Below, in pieces: positions 27,414 through 37,800 of a DNA stretch of 56,994 nt. A program made the translations under genes and the position numbers. The DNA is from an uncultured Candidatus Poseidoniales archaeon. GTDB taxonomy: Archaea > Thermoplasmatota > Poseidoniia > Poseidoniales > Thalassarchaeaceae. A model generated the notes under the pieces. It was given only the letters and a program-made list of their open reading frames with translations. It made no database searches and was not told where the DNA came from. Position 1 is the stretch's first letter, and every line of letters starts with the position of its first letter. The stretch lies in contig CAZUBQ010000001.1 of NCBI GenBank assembly GCA_964618995.1, positions 157,925 to 214,918 of the forward strand, read 5' to 3'.

Positions 27414-27447
27414 GGCGCGTCCGAGCCTTGCCGGGCTCGGGCGTGCC
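27414..27447 (+). terminator. Strong 3' hairpin (15-bp stem including 3 G-U pairs, 4-nt loop)
   Basis: GGCGCGTCCGAGCCT-TGCC-GGGCTCGGGCGTGCC, 10 nt after the stop. There is no U-tract, so it may be a stabiliser rather than a terminator. Confidence 0.55.
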
Positions 27448-27568
27448 ATACCTGGGTTGCTCTCTGCTGCCCATTCTCTTCCCGAAGGCTGCATTAGGGG
27501 GCCTGAATGTAAGATTAGAGCCTGTGGCACTGAACAACTAAATATCGCTCGCGGGGCGAGAAACATCG

Positions 27569-28531
27569 ATGCAGGCTGCTTCTGAAGAGTCCGTCGCGTC
27601 GCGCGGAGACGGCCCCATCATCGCGGCGATGCCCCTCTACAACGAAGAGGAGACCGTCGGTTCTGTCGTGCTGCAAGCGAAACGCCACGTCGACAGAGTG
27701 CTGTGTCTCGACGACGGTTCTTCCGATGCTTCGGCCCGCATCGCGCGCAAGTGCGGAGCGCAGGTCCACCAGCACCGCTACAACCGCGGTTACGGAGGTG
27801 CGCTCAAGTCTATCTTCGCTATCGCTCGTGAGCAGAACGCAGAGGTGTTGGTAATCCTCGACAGCGACGGCCAGCACAACCCCGACGACATTCCGGCTAT
27901 GCTCGCTCCGATACTTGATGGCAAAGCAGATTTCGTCATCGGCTCGCGGTTCATCGACGGGGGTGGCGGTGATGCCATGCCTTCCTATAGAAAGCTGGGC
28001 GTCAAGGTAATCTCCACCGCATCGAACCTCGCAAGCAATCTCGGCATCAAGGACACCCAGAGTGGTTATCGCGCCTTCAGCCGTCGAGCGCTCAAACGCA
28101 TCAGATTCGACCAGGACGGCATGGAATCAACATTGGAGATGCTCGAGGAATGTGCCTCGAACGACCTGGCGGTTCACGAAGTCCCGACAGTGGTGCGCTA
28201 CGATGTTCCCAAAGGATCGCGCTTTACCGCCATGAGCCACGGATTCACTGTACTCTCGTATGCGTTAGTCAGCCTGTCCCAGAAGAAGCCGCTGATTGTG
28301 TTCGGCGCCCCAGGAGCAGCTCTGTTGAGCCTAGGGGCGGGCATCGGCATGCGCGCCCTCAACAGCGTCAACCAACTTACAGATGGAACTGTGTCATTGG
28401 AGGTGGGGCCCGGACTCACCGCAGCCTGGGTAGGCATGCTGGGCATCTCGCTACTGTTCACGGGAGTGATCCTGCACGCCGCACGGCACATCCTGCGGAG
28501 ACTGTTGATGGTCAACTTCGGCATCGAATGA
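27569..28531 (+). CDS. GT2 glycosyltransferase (polyprenol-phosphate glycosyltransferase-like) with two C-terminal TMs
   Basis: PLYNEE, DDGSSD, NRGYGGA, LDSDGQH, VIGSRF, DTQSGYRA. Confidence 0.92.
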   Translation: MQAASEESVASRGDGPIIAAMPLYNEEETVGSVVLQAKRHVDRVLCLDDGSSDASARIARKCGAQVHQHRYNRGYGGALKSIFAIAREQNAEVLVILDSDGQHNPDDIPAMLAPILDGKADFVIGSRFIDGGGGDAMPSYRKLGVKVISTASNLASNLGIKDTQSGYRAFSRRALKRIRFDQDGMESTLEMLEECASNDLAVHEVPTVVRYDVPKGSRFTAMSHGFTVLSYALVSLSQKKPLIVFGAPGAALLSLGAGIGMRALNSVNQLTDGTVSLEVGPGLTAAWVGMLGISLLFTGVILHAARHILRRLLMVNFGIE

Positions 28532-28605
28532 TGTCCTCACATACCCCACTCGCAGCACGAAGTGCTGCGAACGCTTGATGGGCGGCCTTGAGCCGCGGTG
28601 CTCCG

Positions 28606-31600
28606 ATGGCGTCCGATTCGGCTGATTCCCCAGCATCAGAACGAATCAAGCAACTGCTATCTGGATTCAAGACAAACCCTCTGTTGACCAGTTTGAGCGG
28701 CATCTCGGAGGAGCTCAAGGTCACCACAGACGACATGGGGGCTCGGATGCACGACTTCACTGAAATCCAGGTCGACCGATTCTATCGCCTACTGCTGCGC
28801 TCACCCGGCCCAATCGTGGTGATGATGGTGCTGCTCACCGCGCTCATCGGCAAGGATGCGCTCGATTTCGGACAGCAGATCAACGGCGATGTCGAGGTCT
28901 ATCTGCCAGACGGTGCCGAATCGACTGAGTTGCTGCTAGAGGTGCGCGAGCAATGGTCGACCGACATCGTACTGCTCTACGTCCACACGAACAACGCCAT
29001 CGACGATCCGAACATCAGAGGGACAGAGGACATTACCGATGTGGCCATTCTCAAACAGATGAGTTTCCTCGAAGGTGATGACGACAACAAGGCGGAAGGG
29101 CGCTACGCTCGAGGAATAGACTGGTCGAAGGATGACCGTGGCAGGGAGGACGGAGTCGTCTGGATTCTGAGCGTCGCCCAATTGGTCAAGGAATCGAATT
29201 CCGCATCGGGTAGGTTCGCCTGCGCCACTGAACGCTACGCGGTGCCGTTCACCAGCACTCAGGAATGCCCGGTAGCGGGGCAGGACCCAAGAGAGGATTA
29301 CGTGATTCCCGACAACCAAGAAGAGGTTGACAACATCATCGACAACCTCGGCAGCGCGCTTGAGAGCCTCGTGGTCGACACGAATGGTGACAACATCAAC
29401 GACACCGCTGTCGTAGTGATGGGAATTCGCTTCGAGATGCAGGGGACGGACATCGATGAACGCACAGAACCCTCAGGAGATGTCATTCAGGACCACAAGG
29501 CGTTTCTGCTACACCTGAGATCGGTGCTCGACGACTGCGCAGATAACCCGGCCATCCGCCAGGCGTATGACAACCCCGACAGCGACCCCTACAACGACGC
29601 TCTATGTGCTCGTGACTACGCCAACCTCAGACTGTCGAGCATGAACGAAGAGCGCTGGCAGGAGCTGCCCACCCGACAAGCGATTACCATCACCGGACTC
29701 ACACCTGTCGTACACGATATCTCAGACGCTGTCTACGATGCACTCGAGGAAATGCTGCCACTCAGTCTGGCCTTCGTCTGCATCACGATGATCGTGCTGC
29801 ACCGCAACCCGAAGGTGCTCATCATCTGCGGAACGCCGATTGTGATGAGCCTCGCGGTCACCTTCGGGTCGACTGTTCTGCTGAACATCATGCTCACACC
29901 TATGATTATCGCCGCAGGTCCAATCCTGATAGGACTCGGTGTTGATTACGCATTGCATCTCATCAACCGTATCGAAGAGAACCGTAACGATTTGCTGGAG
30001 GAGAACGCGGAGGAAGTGTGGAGGGCGCGACGAGACGGTGATATTCCGGATGTCATCGATCCATGGGACCCTGACCTGTACCTCAAGGCCACCGTACGCA
30101 CGATGATGACGACCGGACACGCAGTTCTCCTATCAGCAATCACGACGATCGTCGGATTCAGCGTACTCGCCTGGGAATGGCTGGTGCCTATCCAACCGAT
30201 GCGTACAGTCGGAATCACGCTGGTGCTCGGCATCACCTGCACTTTCATCTTCAGCATGGTGCTGGTGCCGACGCTCGGATGGATGGTACGCTACCGGAAA
30301 AAAGGCGGGAAGCAAGCTGAGAAGGTGTGGGCACGCATCGGCGAGGTGCCGGTCCGCGGTGTGTGGGCGGTGCTGATCGTCACCTTGATGATCAGCGCTG
30401 TTGGTGCGTTCATACTCAGCGATGAGTTCGGCAAGGATCTCACTGGGGCATCGGAAGAAGTACCCCCGAACCTGGAATCCTATGAAACGCTTGCAGAGTA
30501 CTCGCGGGTGTTTGAAGGTGGTCAGACAAGCATGTTCATCGTTGACGCGACCGAACGTGGCCGACACAACGACACCGCACCCATCCGAGACATAGGTGTG
30601 CTCGACGGCATAGAGATGATGCAGGCAGAACGCATCGACAGGGTGGCGAACACCACCAGCATCAGTCTGGTAACGATTCTCAAGGCAGTTCACATCAACG
30701 TCAATGTCTCAGGTGTTGAACTGTACGACCGCAGTCTGTGGGAACTGCTGCACTCTCCATGCTGGGACGATGTCTTGCAACCCGAATGCATCACAAGCGG
30801 TGATGCGGTCATGACCACTCTCACGACACGTGATGCGATGGTCAATGTCGCCTTCGACACGCTCTCGTTCGAGGTGCGCTCGATGCTGATGAACGAACCT
30901 GTGCCGAACCTAGGAGAAACGAAGACCTTGGTCTACGTCAATCAACCGTACATTCAATTGTCGTATGCCGGAGAACTGCGCATACTGATTGACTCATACC
31001 TCGATGATGGGATTGGTGTCGATGGAGTGAGTAACTCCTTGCTCACCGGTGGGCTACCGGTCTCACTGGATATCAACCTCGGCATCCACGACGCTCAGAC
31101 AGACGCCACAATCGCCACCATGATCGTGCTACTGCTCGTGATGTGCTTCTTATTCAGGAGTCCACGCTTGGCATTCTTCACCATGACGGCTGTAGCTGTT
31201 GTTGTGCTATGGCAGCCATTGCTGATGAACAGAGGTGAAGTGAACGTCAACATGTTCACTGCCATGGTCAGCACGATAGTGTTCGGAATAGGTGTCGATG
31301 ACTCGATTCACGTCATGGATAGGATACGTGAGGAAGGCGAGACTCCGGGTGGCATCGTCAAGGCGGTCGCGCGCACAGGCCAGACGATCTTCGAAACTAC
31401 CGCCACCACCTGTGCAGGACTGGCTGCAGGGCTGACTGTCGCCATACCCGCCCTGAGGAACTTCTTCCTGCTGATGATGATGCTGATCTTCCTCGCGCTG
31501 CTCACCTCCGCAATCCTGCTCCCAGCGCTGCTCGTGGCTTGGCAATCCATCAAGGGTAAACTGACCGGAGAAGGCCACTGGCAGGATTACGACGAGCCAA

Positions 31601-31644
31601 TTCAGCTTTCCAGCGCCGCCACTCTCGATGCTGAACTAGACTGA
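28606..31644 (+). CDS. MMPL/RND-family (HAE3-like) transporter
   Basis: Duplicated architecture with GLGVDYALH and GIGVDDSIH motifs. Confidence 0.92.
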   Translation: MASDSADSPASERIKQLLSGFKTNPLLTSLSGISEELKVTTDDMGARMHDFTEIQVDRFYRLLLRSPGPIVVMMVLLTALIGKDALDFGQQINGDVEVYLPDGAESTELLLEVREQWSTDIVLLYVHTNNAIDDPNIRGTEDITDVAILKQMSFLEGDDDNKAEGRYARGIDWSKDDRGREDGVVWILSVAQLVKESNSASGRFACATERYAVPFTSTQECPVAGQDPREDYVIPDNQEEVDNIIDNLGSALESLVVDTNGDNINDTAVVVMGIRFEMQGTDIDERTEPSGDVIQDHKAFLLHLRSVLDDCADNPAIRQAYDNPDSDPYNDALCARDYANLRLSSMNEERWQELPTRQAITITGLTPVVHDISDAVYDALEEMLPLSLAFVCITMIVLHRNPKVLIICGTPIVMSLAVTFGSTVLLNIMLTPMIIAAGPILIGLGVDYALHLINRIEENRNDLLEENAEEVWRARRDGDIPDVIDPWDPDLYLKATVRTMMTTGHAVLLSAITTIVGFSVLAWEWLVPIQPMRTVGITLVLGITCTFIFSMVLVPTLGWMVRYRKKGGKQAEKVWARIGEVPVRGVWAVLIVTLMISAVGAFILSDEFGKDLTGASEEVPPNLESYETLAEYSRVFEGGQTSMFIVDATERGRHNDTAPIRDIGVLDGIEMMQAERIDRVANTTSISLVTILKAVHINVNVSGVELYDRSLWELLHSPCWDDVLQPECITSGDAVMTTLTTRDAMVNVAFDTLSFEVRSMLMNEPVPNLGETKTLVYVNQPYIQLSYAGELRILIDSYLDDGIGVDGVSNSLLTGGLPVSLDINLGIHDAQTDATIATMIVLLLVMCFLFRSPRLAFFTMTAVAVVVLWQPLLMNRGEVNVNMFTAMVSTIVFGIGVDDSIHVMDRIREEGETPGGIVKAVARTGQTIFETTATTCAGLAAGLTVAIPALRNFFLLMMMLIFLALLTSAILLPALLVAWQSIKGKLTGEGHWQDYDEPIQLSSAATLDAELD

Positions 31645-31729
31645 TGCCCCAGAATGCGACAAATTGAACAGGTGCCGCTCGCTGAGCGAGCGAGTGGGTA
31701 GCGTGTGCGTGCGAGATAGAAATCGGGCG

Positions 31730-34411
31730 ATGCTCCTCTCGCTGTTGCTGTTGTTGCAGATTCTGCTTGTCAGCGTGAGCCCCTCTGTAGCCGCCGCCAC
31801 TGGGAATGAATCGGTGAGCATCGACGCCGACGACTCTGAGTTCGACACCGGACAGTCAATCGGTTGGAACGTGACTCTCGCCGGACTGGACGCCGGCGGT
31901 TACACGCTCATCACTGAGTTCTACCAAGGATACTCCAACAACGGAACCCTACGCAATGCCAGCAGCGTGACAATCCCACCTTCAGGCAGCACCCAAATCG
32001 TGAGCGATTCAATCTACGGTTTTCTAGTGTGGAATGGCACATACGAGTACACTCTGAGAGTTGAGTTGTGGGATTCGGCACAGACGAACCTGCTGGCCGC
32101 GGACGAGGTCGAGATGATCATCTTCCAACACACAATCCCAATCTCACCTTCGAAGTTCATCGTGTTCGGGGACTCGTTGAGTGACATGGGTAATTCCTAC
32201 AACTCGATTGCTCGTCTTCCCCAATCCCCCCCTAATTGGAACGGCAGGTTCTCCGATGGACCAATCTGGGCGGAACTGGTGGCGCAGGGAGTAGGCCATA
32301 CCATCTCTCACGGAGGCGGCTCGAGCAGCAGCACCAACAGGGCGTACGGAGGAGCGCGCTCAGGTGGAGGATACACCAGTTTCGTGATACCCAACACCGG
32401 AACTCAAGTCAACGAATACACCAACAATTACTGGTTACAGCAGACAGATTTGGCCGTCATTTGGATCGGTGGCAATGACTTCCTCGGAGGGGGACAGCAA
32501 AACCCGCAGGTGGTAGTGAACAACATCGCCGACCACGTGACAGTCCTCAACCAGAACGGGGGGCAGCAGTTCCTCATACTGGACATGCCCTCTCTAGAAA
32601 GAACCCCCAACTACGCCGATGAGAGTGACAGCGACAAACAGGCGATGCACGCTCGTATGCTCGATTACAACAGCCGACTGGCGAATGACATGGCCGCGCT
32701 GTCAATTTCGCTCAGCGTCTCAATACAGGTGATTGGGATGTTGGATATGTTCGAGACCATGGTCAGGAACGGATCGTTCTACGGAATCACCAATCCGACC
32801 GATAGAGCTTGCGACAGCGGTGAAGGGTTGTGCGAACAAGGTGACGCGATAGTGCCGAATCCTGAGGAATACATCTTCTTCGATGGTCTGCACCCAACGG
32901 CGACGACACACCTGTTGGTTGCCAACTACGTTCTCGAGCAGATCAACACTCCAGACACCGACGGCGACGGGGTTGAGGATTCATCTGACCTCTGCCCCAA
33001 CACACCAGTGGGGGATGCGGTCAACCACCTCGGTTGCCGACTCGCCGACCTCGACAGCGACAATGATGGTGTCAACGACGCCGACGACCGCTGCCCCAAC
33101 ACTCCTGACGGTGCCACGGTGGACCAGGATGGCTGCGCTGAGTCACAGATAGATGACGACGAAGATGGCGTGATGAACGATGTCGACGCCTGTCCGAACA
33201 CCCCCATCGATGAACAGGCGGATGTGAACGGCTGCAGCGCGTCCCAGCGTGACACAGATGGGGACGGCGTCACCGATGACATCGACGATTGCCCGGGAAC
33301 CGACCCCGGTGCCGCGGTGAACGTCTACGGGTGTGCAGACAACCAGATGGACTACGATTGGGACGGGGTGATGAACGATGTCGACATCTGTCCATTCACC
33401 CCTTCGGGAGAATCAGTCGATCCTAACGGCTGCTCTTTGAGTCAACTCGACGGCGACGGAGACGGCGTCACCGATGACAATGACACCTGCCCATTGACTC
33501 CCACGGGAGAGGTGGTCGATGCCCGTGGGTGCTCGCTATCACAGCTGGATGGCGATAGTGATGGAGTCTCTGATGCGCTCGATGAATGTCCGCTGACCCC
33601 CCTCGGGGAGGCGGTGGACGCACGCGGCTGTGCCGCAAAGGAACGTGACACCGACGGTGATGGCCGTATGGATGATGTCGATGAGTGTGTCGAGCTTCCA
33701 GGATCGATTCGTGGCTGCCCAATCCTGTCTATTGAGGTGAGCAGCGAGCAACCTGAGACGACAGACGCATCCGCACTGCTCAACGTCACAGCCGCCTGCG
33801 AACAGGGATGCAACATGTCACTCTCGATTGCTGGGGAGCCGCTCACCGATATCGCGGATGGCGAGAGCGTCATGGTGCACGTCGAGCGTCCCTCGGGGGA
33901 GTATTATCTGACCGTGGAGGTGCGCATCGATGCCGGCAGCACGTGGGCGAGCAGTGAGGAAGAGATCAATTGGCCGCTGCCCGATGTCCCACCCGATGAT
34001 GTGGTGCAGCCTGAGCCCGATGCTCCCGTCGACGGGTCTGATTCCGATTCGGCGAACGGCGAGCAGTCCACTGCTGCTGATGACAAGGGCTGGGAGGCAT
34101 CCGGAAGCATGGTACAGCTTCTGATGGCGGCATTCTTCCTAGTCTGCATCATCGCCGTATTGGGGATGATTATTCGACAGAGCCGCGGCGCTCGGACACC
34201 CAAACAGGAGGATTGGTTCTCCGGTCCAGTCGCCTCCACCATCGAGGTCGAGCGGGATCTGCGCACTGCCGTTCAACCGGTGGCACCGAAACCTGAACTT
34301 TTCACCAACCCCGCGCCTGCACAGCAGATTCCTGGGCAACCGCATCCCGCTCCTCCAACAGAGCAGCCCACATCGGACGGGTTGCCCAGCATCGAAGGGC
34401 TGTTCGAATGA
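31730..34411 (+). CDS. Secreted SGNH/GDSL hydrolase with thrombospondin type-3 repeats, TM anchor and Pro-rich tail
   Basis: FGDSLSD (block I), NRAYGGA (II), WIGGND (III), FFDGLHPT (V); DxDxDGxxDxxDxC repeats; C-terminal TM. Confidence 0.92.
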   Translation: MLLSLLLLLQILLVSVSPSVAAATGNESVSIDADDSEFDTGQSIGWNVTLAGLDAGGYTLITEFYQGYSNNGTLRNASSVTIPPSGSTQIVSDSIYGFLVWNGTYEYTLRVELWDSAQTNLLAADEVEMIIFQHTIPISPSKFIVFGDSLSDMGNSYNSIARLPQSPPNWNGRFSDGPIWAELVAQGVGHTISHGGGSSSSTNRAYGGARSGGGYTSFVIPNTGTQVNEYTNNYWLQQTDLAVIWIGGNDFLGGGQQNPQVVVNNIADHVTVLNQNGGQQFLILDMPSLERTPNYADESDSDKQAMHARMLDYNSRLANDMAALSISLSVSIQVIGMLDMFETMVRNGSFYGITNPTDRACDSGEGLCEQGDAIVPNPEEYIFFDGLHPTATTHLLVANYVLEQINTPDTDGDGVEDSSDLCPNTPVGDAVNHLGCRLADLDSDNDGVNDADDRCPNTPDGATVDQDGCAESQIDDDEDGVMNDVDACPNTPIDEQADVNGCSASQRDTDGDGVTDDIDDCPGTDPGAAVNVYGCADNQMDYDWDGVMNDVDICPFTPSGESVDPNGCSLSQLDGDGDGVTDDNDTCPLTPTGEVVDARGCSLSQLDGDSDGVSDALDECPLTPLGEAVDARGCAAKERDTDGDGRMDDVDECVELPGSIRGCPILSIEVSSEQPETTDASALLNVTAACEQGCNMSLSIAGEPLTDIADGESVMVHVERPSGEYYLTVEVRIDAGSTWASSEEEINWPLPDVPPDDVVQPEPDAPVDGSDSDSANGEQSTAADDKGWEASGSMVQLLMAAFFLVCIIAVLGMIIRQSRGARTPKQEDWFSGPVASTIEVERDLRTAVQPVAPKPELFTNPAPAQQIPGQPHPAPPTEQPTSDGLPSIEGLFE
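32954..33718 (+). repeat. Eight thrombospondin type-3-like Ca-binding repeats (33-aa period)
   Basis: D.D.DGV.D..D.CP.TP....V...GC repeated 7 times plus one shortened copy. Confidence 0.9.
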
Positions 34412-34480
34412 GATTGTAATCATTCATCATTCTGAGATAAGGTGGGGCTCTCTCGAAGGGCTGCGCTCAAGGCATATTTG

Positions 34481-34778
34481 GGGAGCAGGGAGTAAGCCCC
34501 TTTCTGTTCACCGAATGGCTGGTTGCATTCAACTGTGCGTCCTACCCGTTCCTCTTCAGCGCGCCTCAACGGAACTGTTCGGACTTGCTCCGGCGGGGAT
34601 GCTCGTCTCAGCCAGCGGTGGGCAACCTCGCCCTCTCGGGTTCACTGTACACACCCATGCTGGTTCGTTTCTGCTCCAGAGCCGACCCTCCCGGGTCTCT
34701 GGCTCTCGCCAGACCGCCTGCGCTGCGGAGAGGGGACTTTCCTCAGTGTCGAACACTGTCAGCAACCCTCCTGCTCCC
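34481..34778 (-). ncRNA. rnpB: RNase P RNA
   Basis: Minus strand carries GAGGAAAGUCCCC (CR-I) and AACAGAAAGGGGCUUA (CR-V), which form P4, plus CAGAAAC and GAGCAAG internal motifs and a P1 helix GGGAGCAGG/CCUGCUCCC; about 298 nt. Confidence 0.95.
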
Positions 34779-34829
34779 GCGTCTCTGTCCGCGTCGAAGG
34801 TCGCTATCAATCCGTCGCAAGCACCCGCT

Positions 34830-37800
34830 TCACTGCTGAGGTGGCTGCTCTGGCCATTGCTGAGTGTAGTGACCCTGTTGCTGGCCATACTGCCATTGCT
34901 GGGGCTGTTGCGCGTATTCCTGCTGCGGATAGCCTTGTGGCTGCTGTGTGTAACCCTCTTGCCAGGCAGGCTGGGCTGGTGGCTTCTTCTCTTGTTCGTC
35001 TTCCCAGACATCTTCCGAATCGTCCCAGTCGTCGTCAGTCCCATCGTACGAGTACTCGCGACTACCACCTGATCTTAGCGCCACCGCCACCACACCAGCC
35101 AGGATGAGAATCAGACCGCCGAACAGAATCATGTAGGACATAGGGACGTCCTCAAAGGCATTGGCGAGTGAACCCCCTGCAGCACCCGAGTCCACCTCAA
35201 TGGTATCTCCAGTGAGCCACTGGCTACCGTCGAGAGACACCACCACCCACTGTTCTCCTGACCCTTTTGGAACCCAATCGATGTCGTAGGTGACACGTTC
35301 GTCCATCGGCACGATCACCGTGATCGGTTGGGGTGTGAGTGAGCGGTTGTTTCCGTCCCCGTCCAGTTCGTAGACGAGAACGGCAGCGGTTCCAGGGGCC
35401 TTGCCTCCATTCCGTAACTCAATGGTCACCATCACGGTCTGGTCGCTGAGCACGGTGCCGGTGCGCGAATAGGACACCCCGGTGAGAGAGATGTCTGCGG
35501 CCAACTGTTCCATGTCCCAAGTGGCGAAAGGAGCGCGGACGCTGTTGAACTCGGTCGTGCTGTACATCCCGTTGCCAGCGAGGTCGCGGCCGACGACCCA
35601 GACTGCCAGTTGCAGACTATCCACGTGAGCGTCGGAAGGAAGTTGACTGGCGAGGTCAAGTGTCGCGGTGGCGATGATCGATTGACCTACAGCCACGCCA
35701 TCGACCATCAACGACAGGTCTCCGGCGAGAACCGCACTGCCACCCGGTTGGTTCGCACGGACCACCTTCCAGTGCAGATAGAGGCTGTCGATGTCGAGTT
35801 GCTCCTGTTCCTTGAGCACCACCTCAATCTCCAACGCGGATAACGACGTCATGGGAATCTCTACACCTTCACGCGGTGAACTCACCTCCATCGGGGTCGG
35901 GGCATTTCCATCAACGACGATCCAGAACAGCGATGCTTCCGAGTCAGTCACATCGTTGGCTGCCGGGGGCAGTCCACTCAATTCGAAGCTGAGCGCGTGG
36001 CTCTGCGAGACATCCGGGGCCTGCAGACGTACCTCCCAGAAGCCATCCGTGGTGGGTATGAGCGTGCGCTGGCCATCGAGTAGAATGGAGACGTTGAGCG
36101 GAACGGTGGGCGGAGACCCAGTCGGCTGGAACGCGACGTACCCCGTAAGGTTCAGGCCGGTTGCCGGTGGCACCCAGGCCCTGTGTTCGAGCACGCTGCC
36201 TGAGTCCACTTCAAGGATGACAGATTCGGATATGATGGCCAGGTCGGAGGAGAATCTCCAGCGCAGTTGCGGCAGTTCCAGCCAATGCTCATGACCCCCT
36301 CTGTCGAGAACGGTCATCGCTGGGGCGCGGCGCAGGTCGCCCTCGTGAGGCAGACCCCAGTTGATCTGGAATTCGACACGCATCTCGAGTTGTATGGTGA
36401 ACGGCGTGATCTCGCCCTGACGCGCACGGACGCTACACCCTTCGAGCACTAGATTCTCCGAAGTGGTAGTGCACCTTCCAGAGGTCTGGTTCCAAGTCAT
36501 CTGCAACTGGTCCATAACTGAGTTCGAGGCCAATGACAAATCGACCGACAATACATCTGAAATGCCATTCGGTTCATCGAACGGCAGACTCAGAACGTAG
36601 CGCGTGGCCGGGTGCAGCCAAGAGTGGTCACCCTCATCCAGGAAACCACCATCACCCGTGATCCATGGGGGTTGGTCGGCCTTCAACTGGTAGGTGAACA
36701 ACTGTTCATCGAGGCCCGAGCCACCGCCACGGGTCACCAGATTCCCAGCGGCGTCTGAACCGGACACATAGCCGGCCACCACACCCCCAACCGGACCATC
36801 GGTGTCGTCGAGACTGAAGGTGTAGTTGCCCTGCGCCTTGGACAGGTCCGAGGGTGGTGTGAGAGGCATCGCCTGAAACTCGCTCTCGTTGGTCTTGCCA
36901 TTGTGGTCCGCATCATCGATCCACGAGCGCCAGAGCATCAGCGACAGTTGATGGGGGAGCTGAGGACGGTCGTAGACCTCGAAGCGAATGGGCTGGAAGA
37001 GTGAGGGGTCAAGGTGGTCGTAGCGACGGATGTTCTGGTCAATCACCATCGGTGCCAGCGAGTCGATTTTGAAAGTGCGATTCAGTGAAATGGTGGAGAT
37101 ATTCTCCGCGCCATACAACGACATGACATCTACCCGGTAATCGATGTCCTGAGTGCTCATCGGGGTGCGCAACTGGAATGACGCGAGTCCTTCGTTCAAC
37201 GTGGTGGTGTTCGCTACCTCCTCACTGTTGGCGAACACCCTCACCGCCACATCGCCGCTGCGCGGGTTCTGCCATGGCTCCATGCCAGGGAATCCAAGTT
37301 GTGCCTCCACCGTAATCGGGGCGTCTGCTCTCAGATAGGACCTGCTTGAGGGTATCTCGTTGCCCAGATCGTTGAGCATCGCCCATGAGCGAATTTCGAT
37401 ATCATTCTCGATTCCTAGTCGTTCCCCGAGTCCGAAGTGCTGGATGCGCGGCACGCTGCGTCTACCGTCGACCAGCACGACCCGAACCTTGAGTGCCAAT
37501 TGCTCTTCGTCGTCCCACGACGCGTTCAAGCGGAAGCGGAGGGTGCTGTCAACGCGGCTGCCATTGACTGTCTGGTTCACTCCTTTCACGGGATCCCAAT
37601 GAATCATCCCCTGGTCATCATTCGACCATGACGAGGTCCCATCGAACGGATGCTCGTAGGTGATTGCATGGTTATCACCGACGAGGTCGAACTGTACGCT
37701 GGAGGGGACCCCGTCGCTGACCGTGTGCTGCGAGTAGACCTCGAGCCATTGCCATGACGGGGTCAGGGTGGTCGTGCCGTTCTGGATGTTGAGCACATCG

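Noticed and set aside
34515-35107. ORFs 34515-35072, 34523-35107, 34556-35068 and 34585-34839
   Set aside because: They overlap the RNase P RNA and the end of the 1717-aa gene, so they are shadow ORFs.
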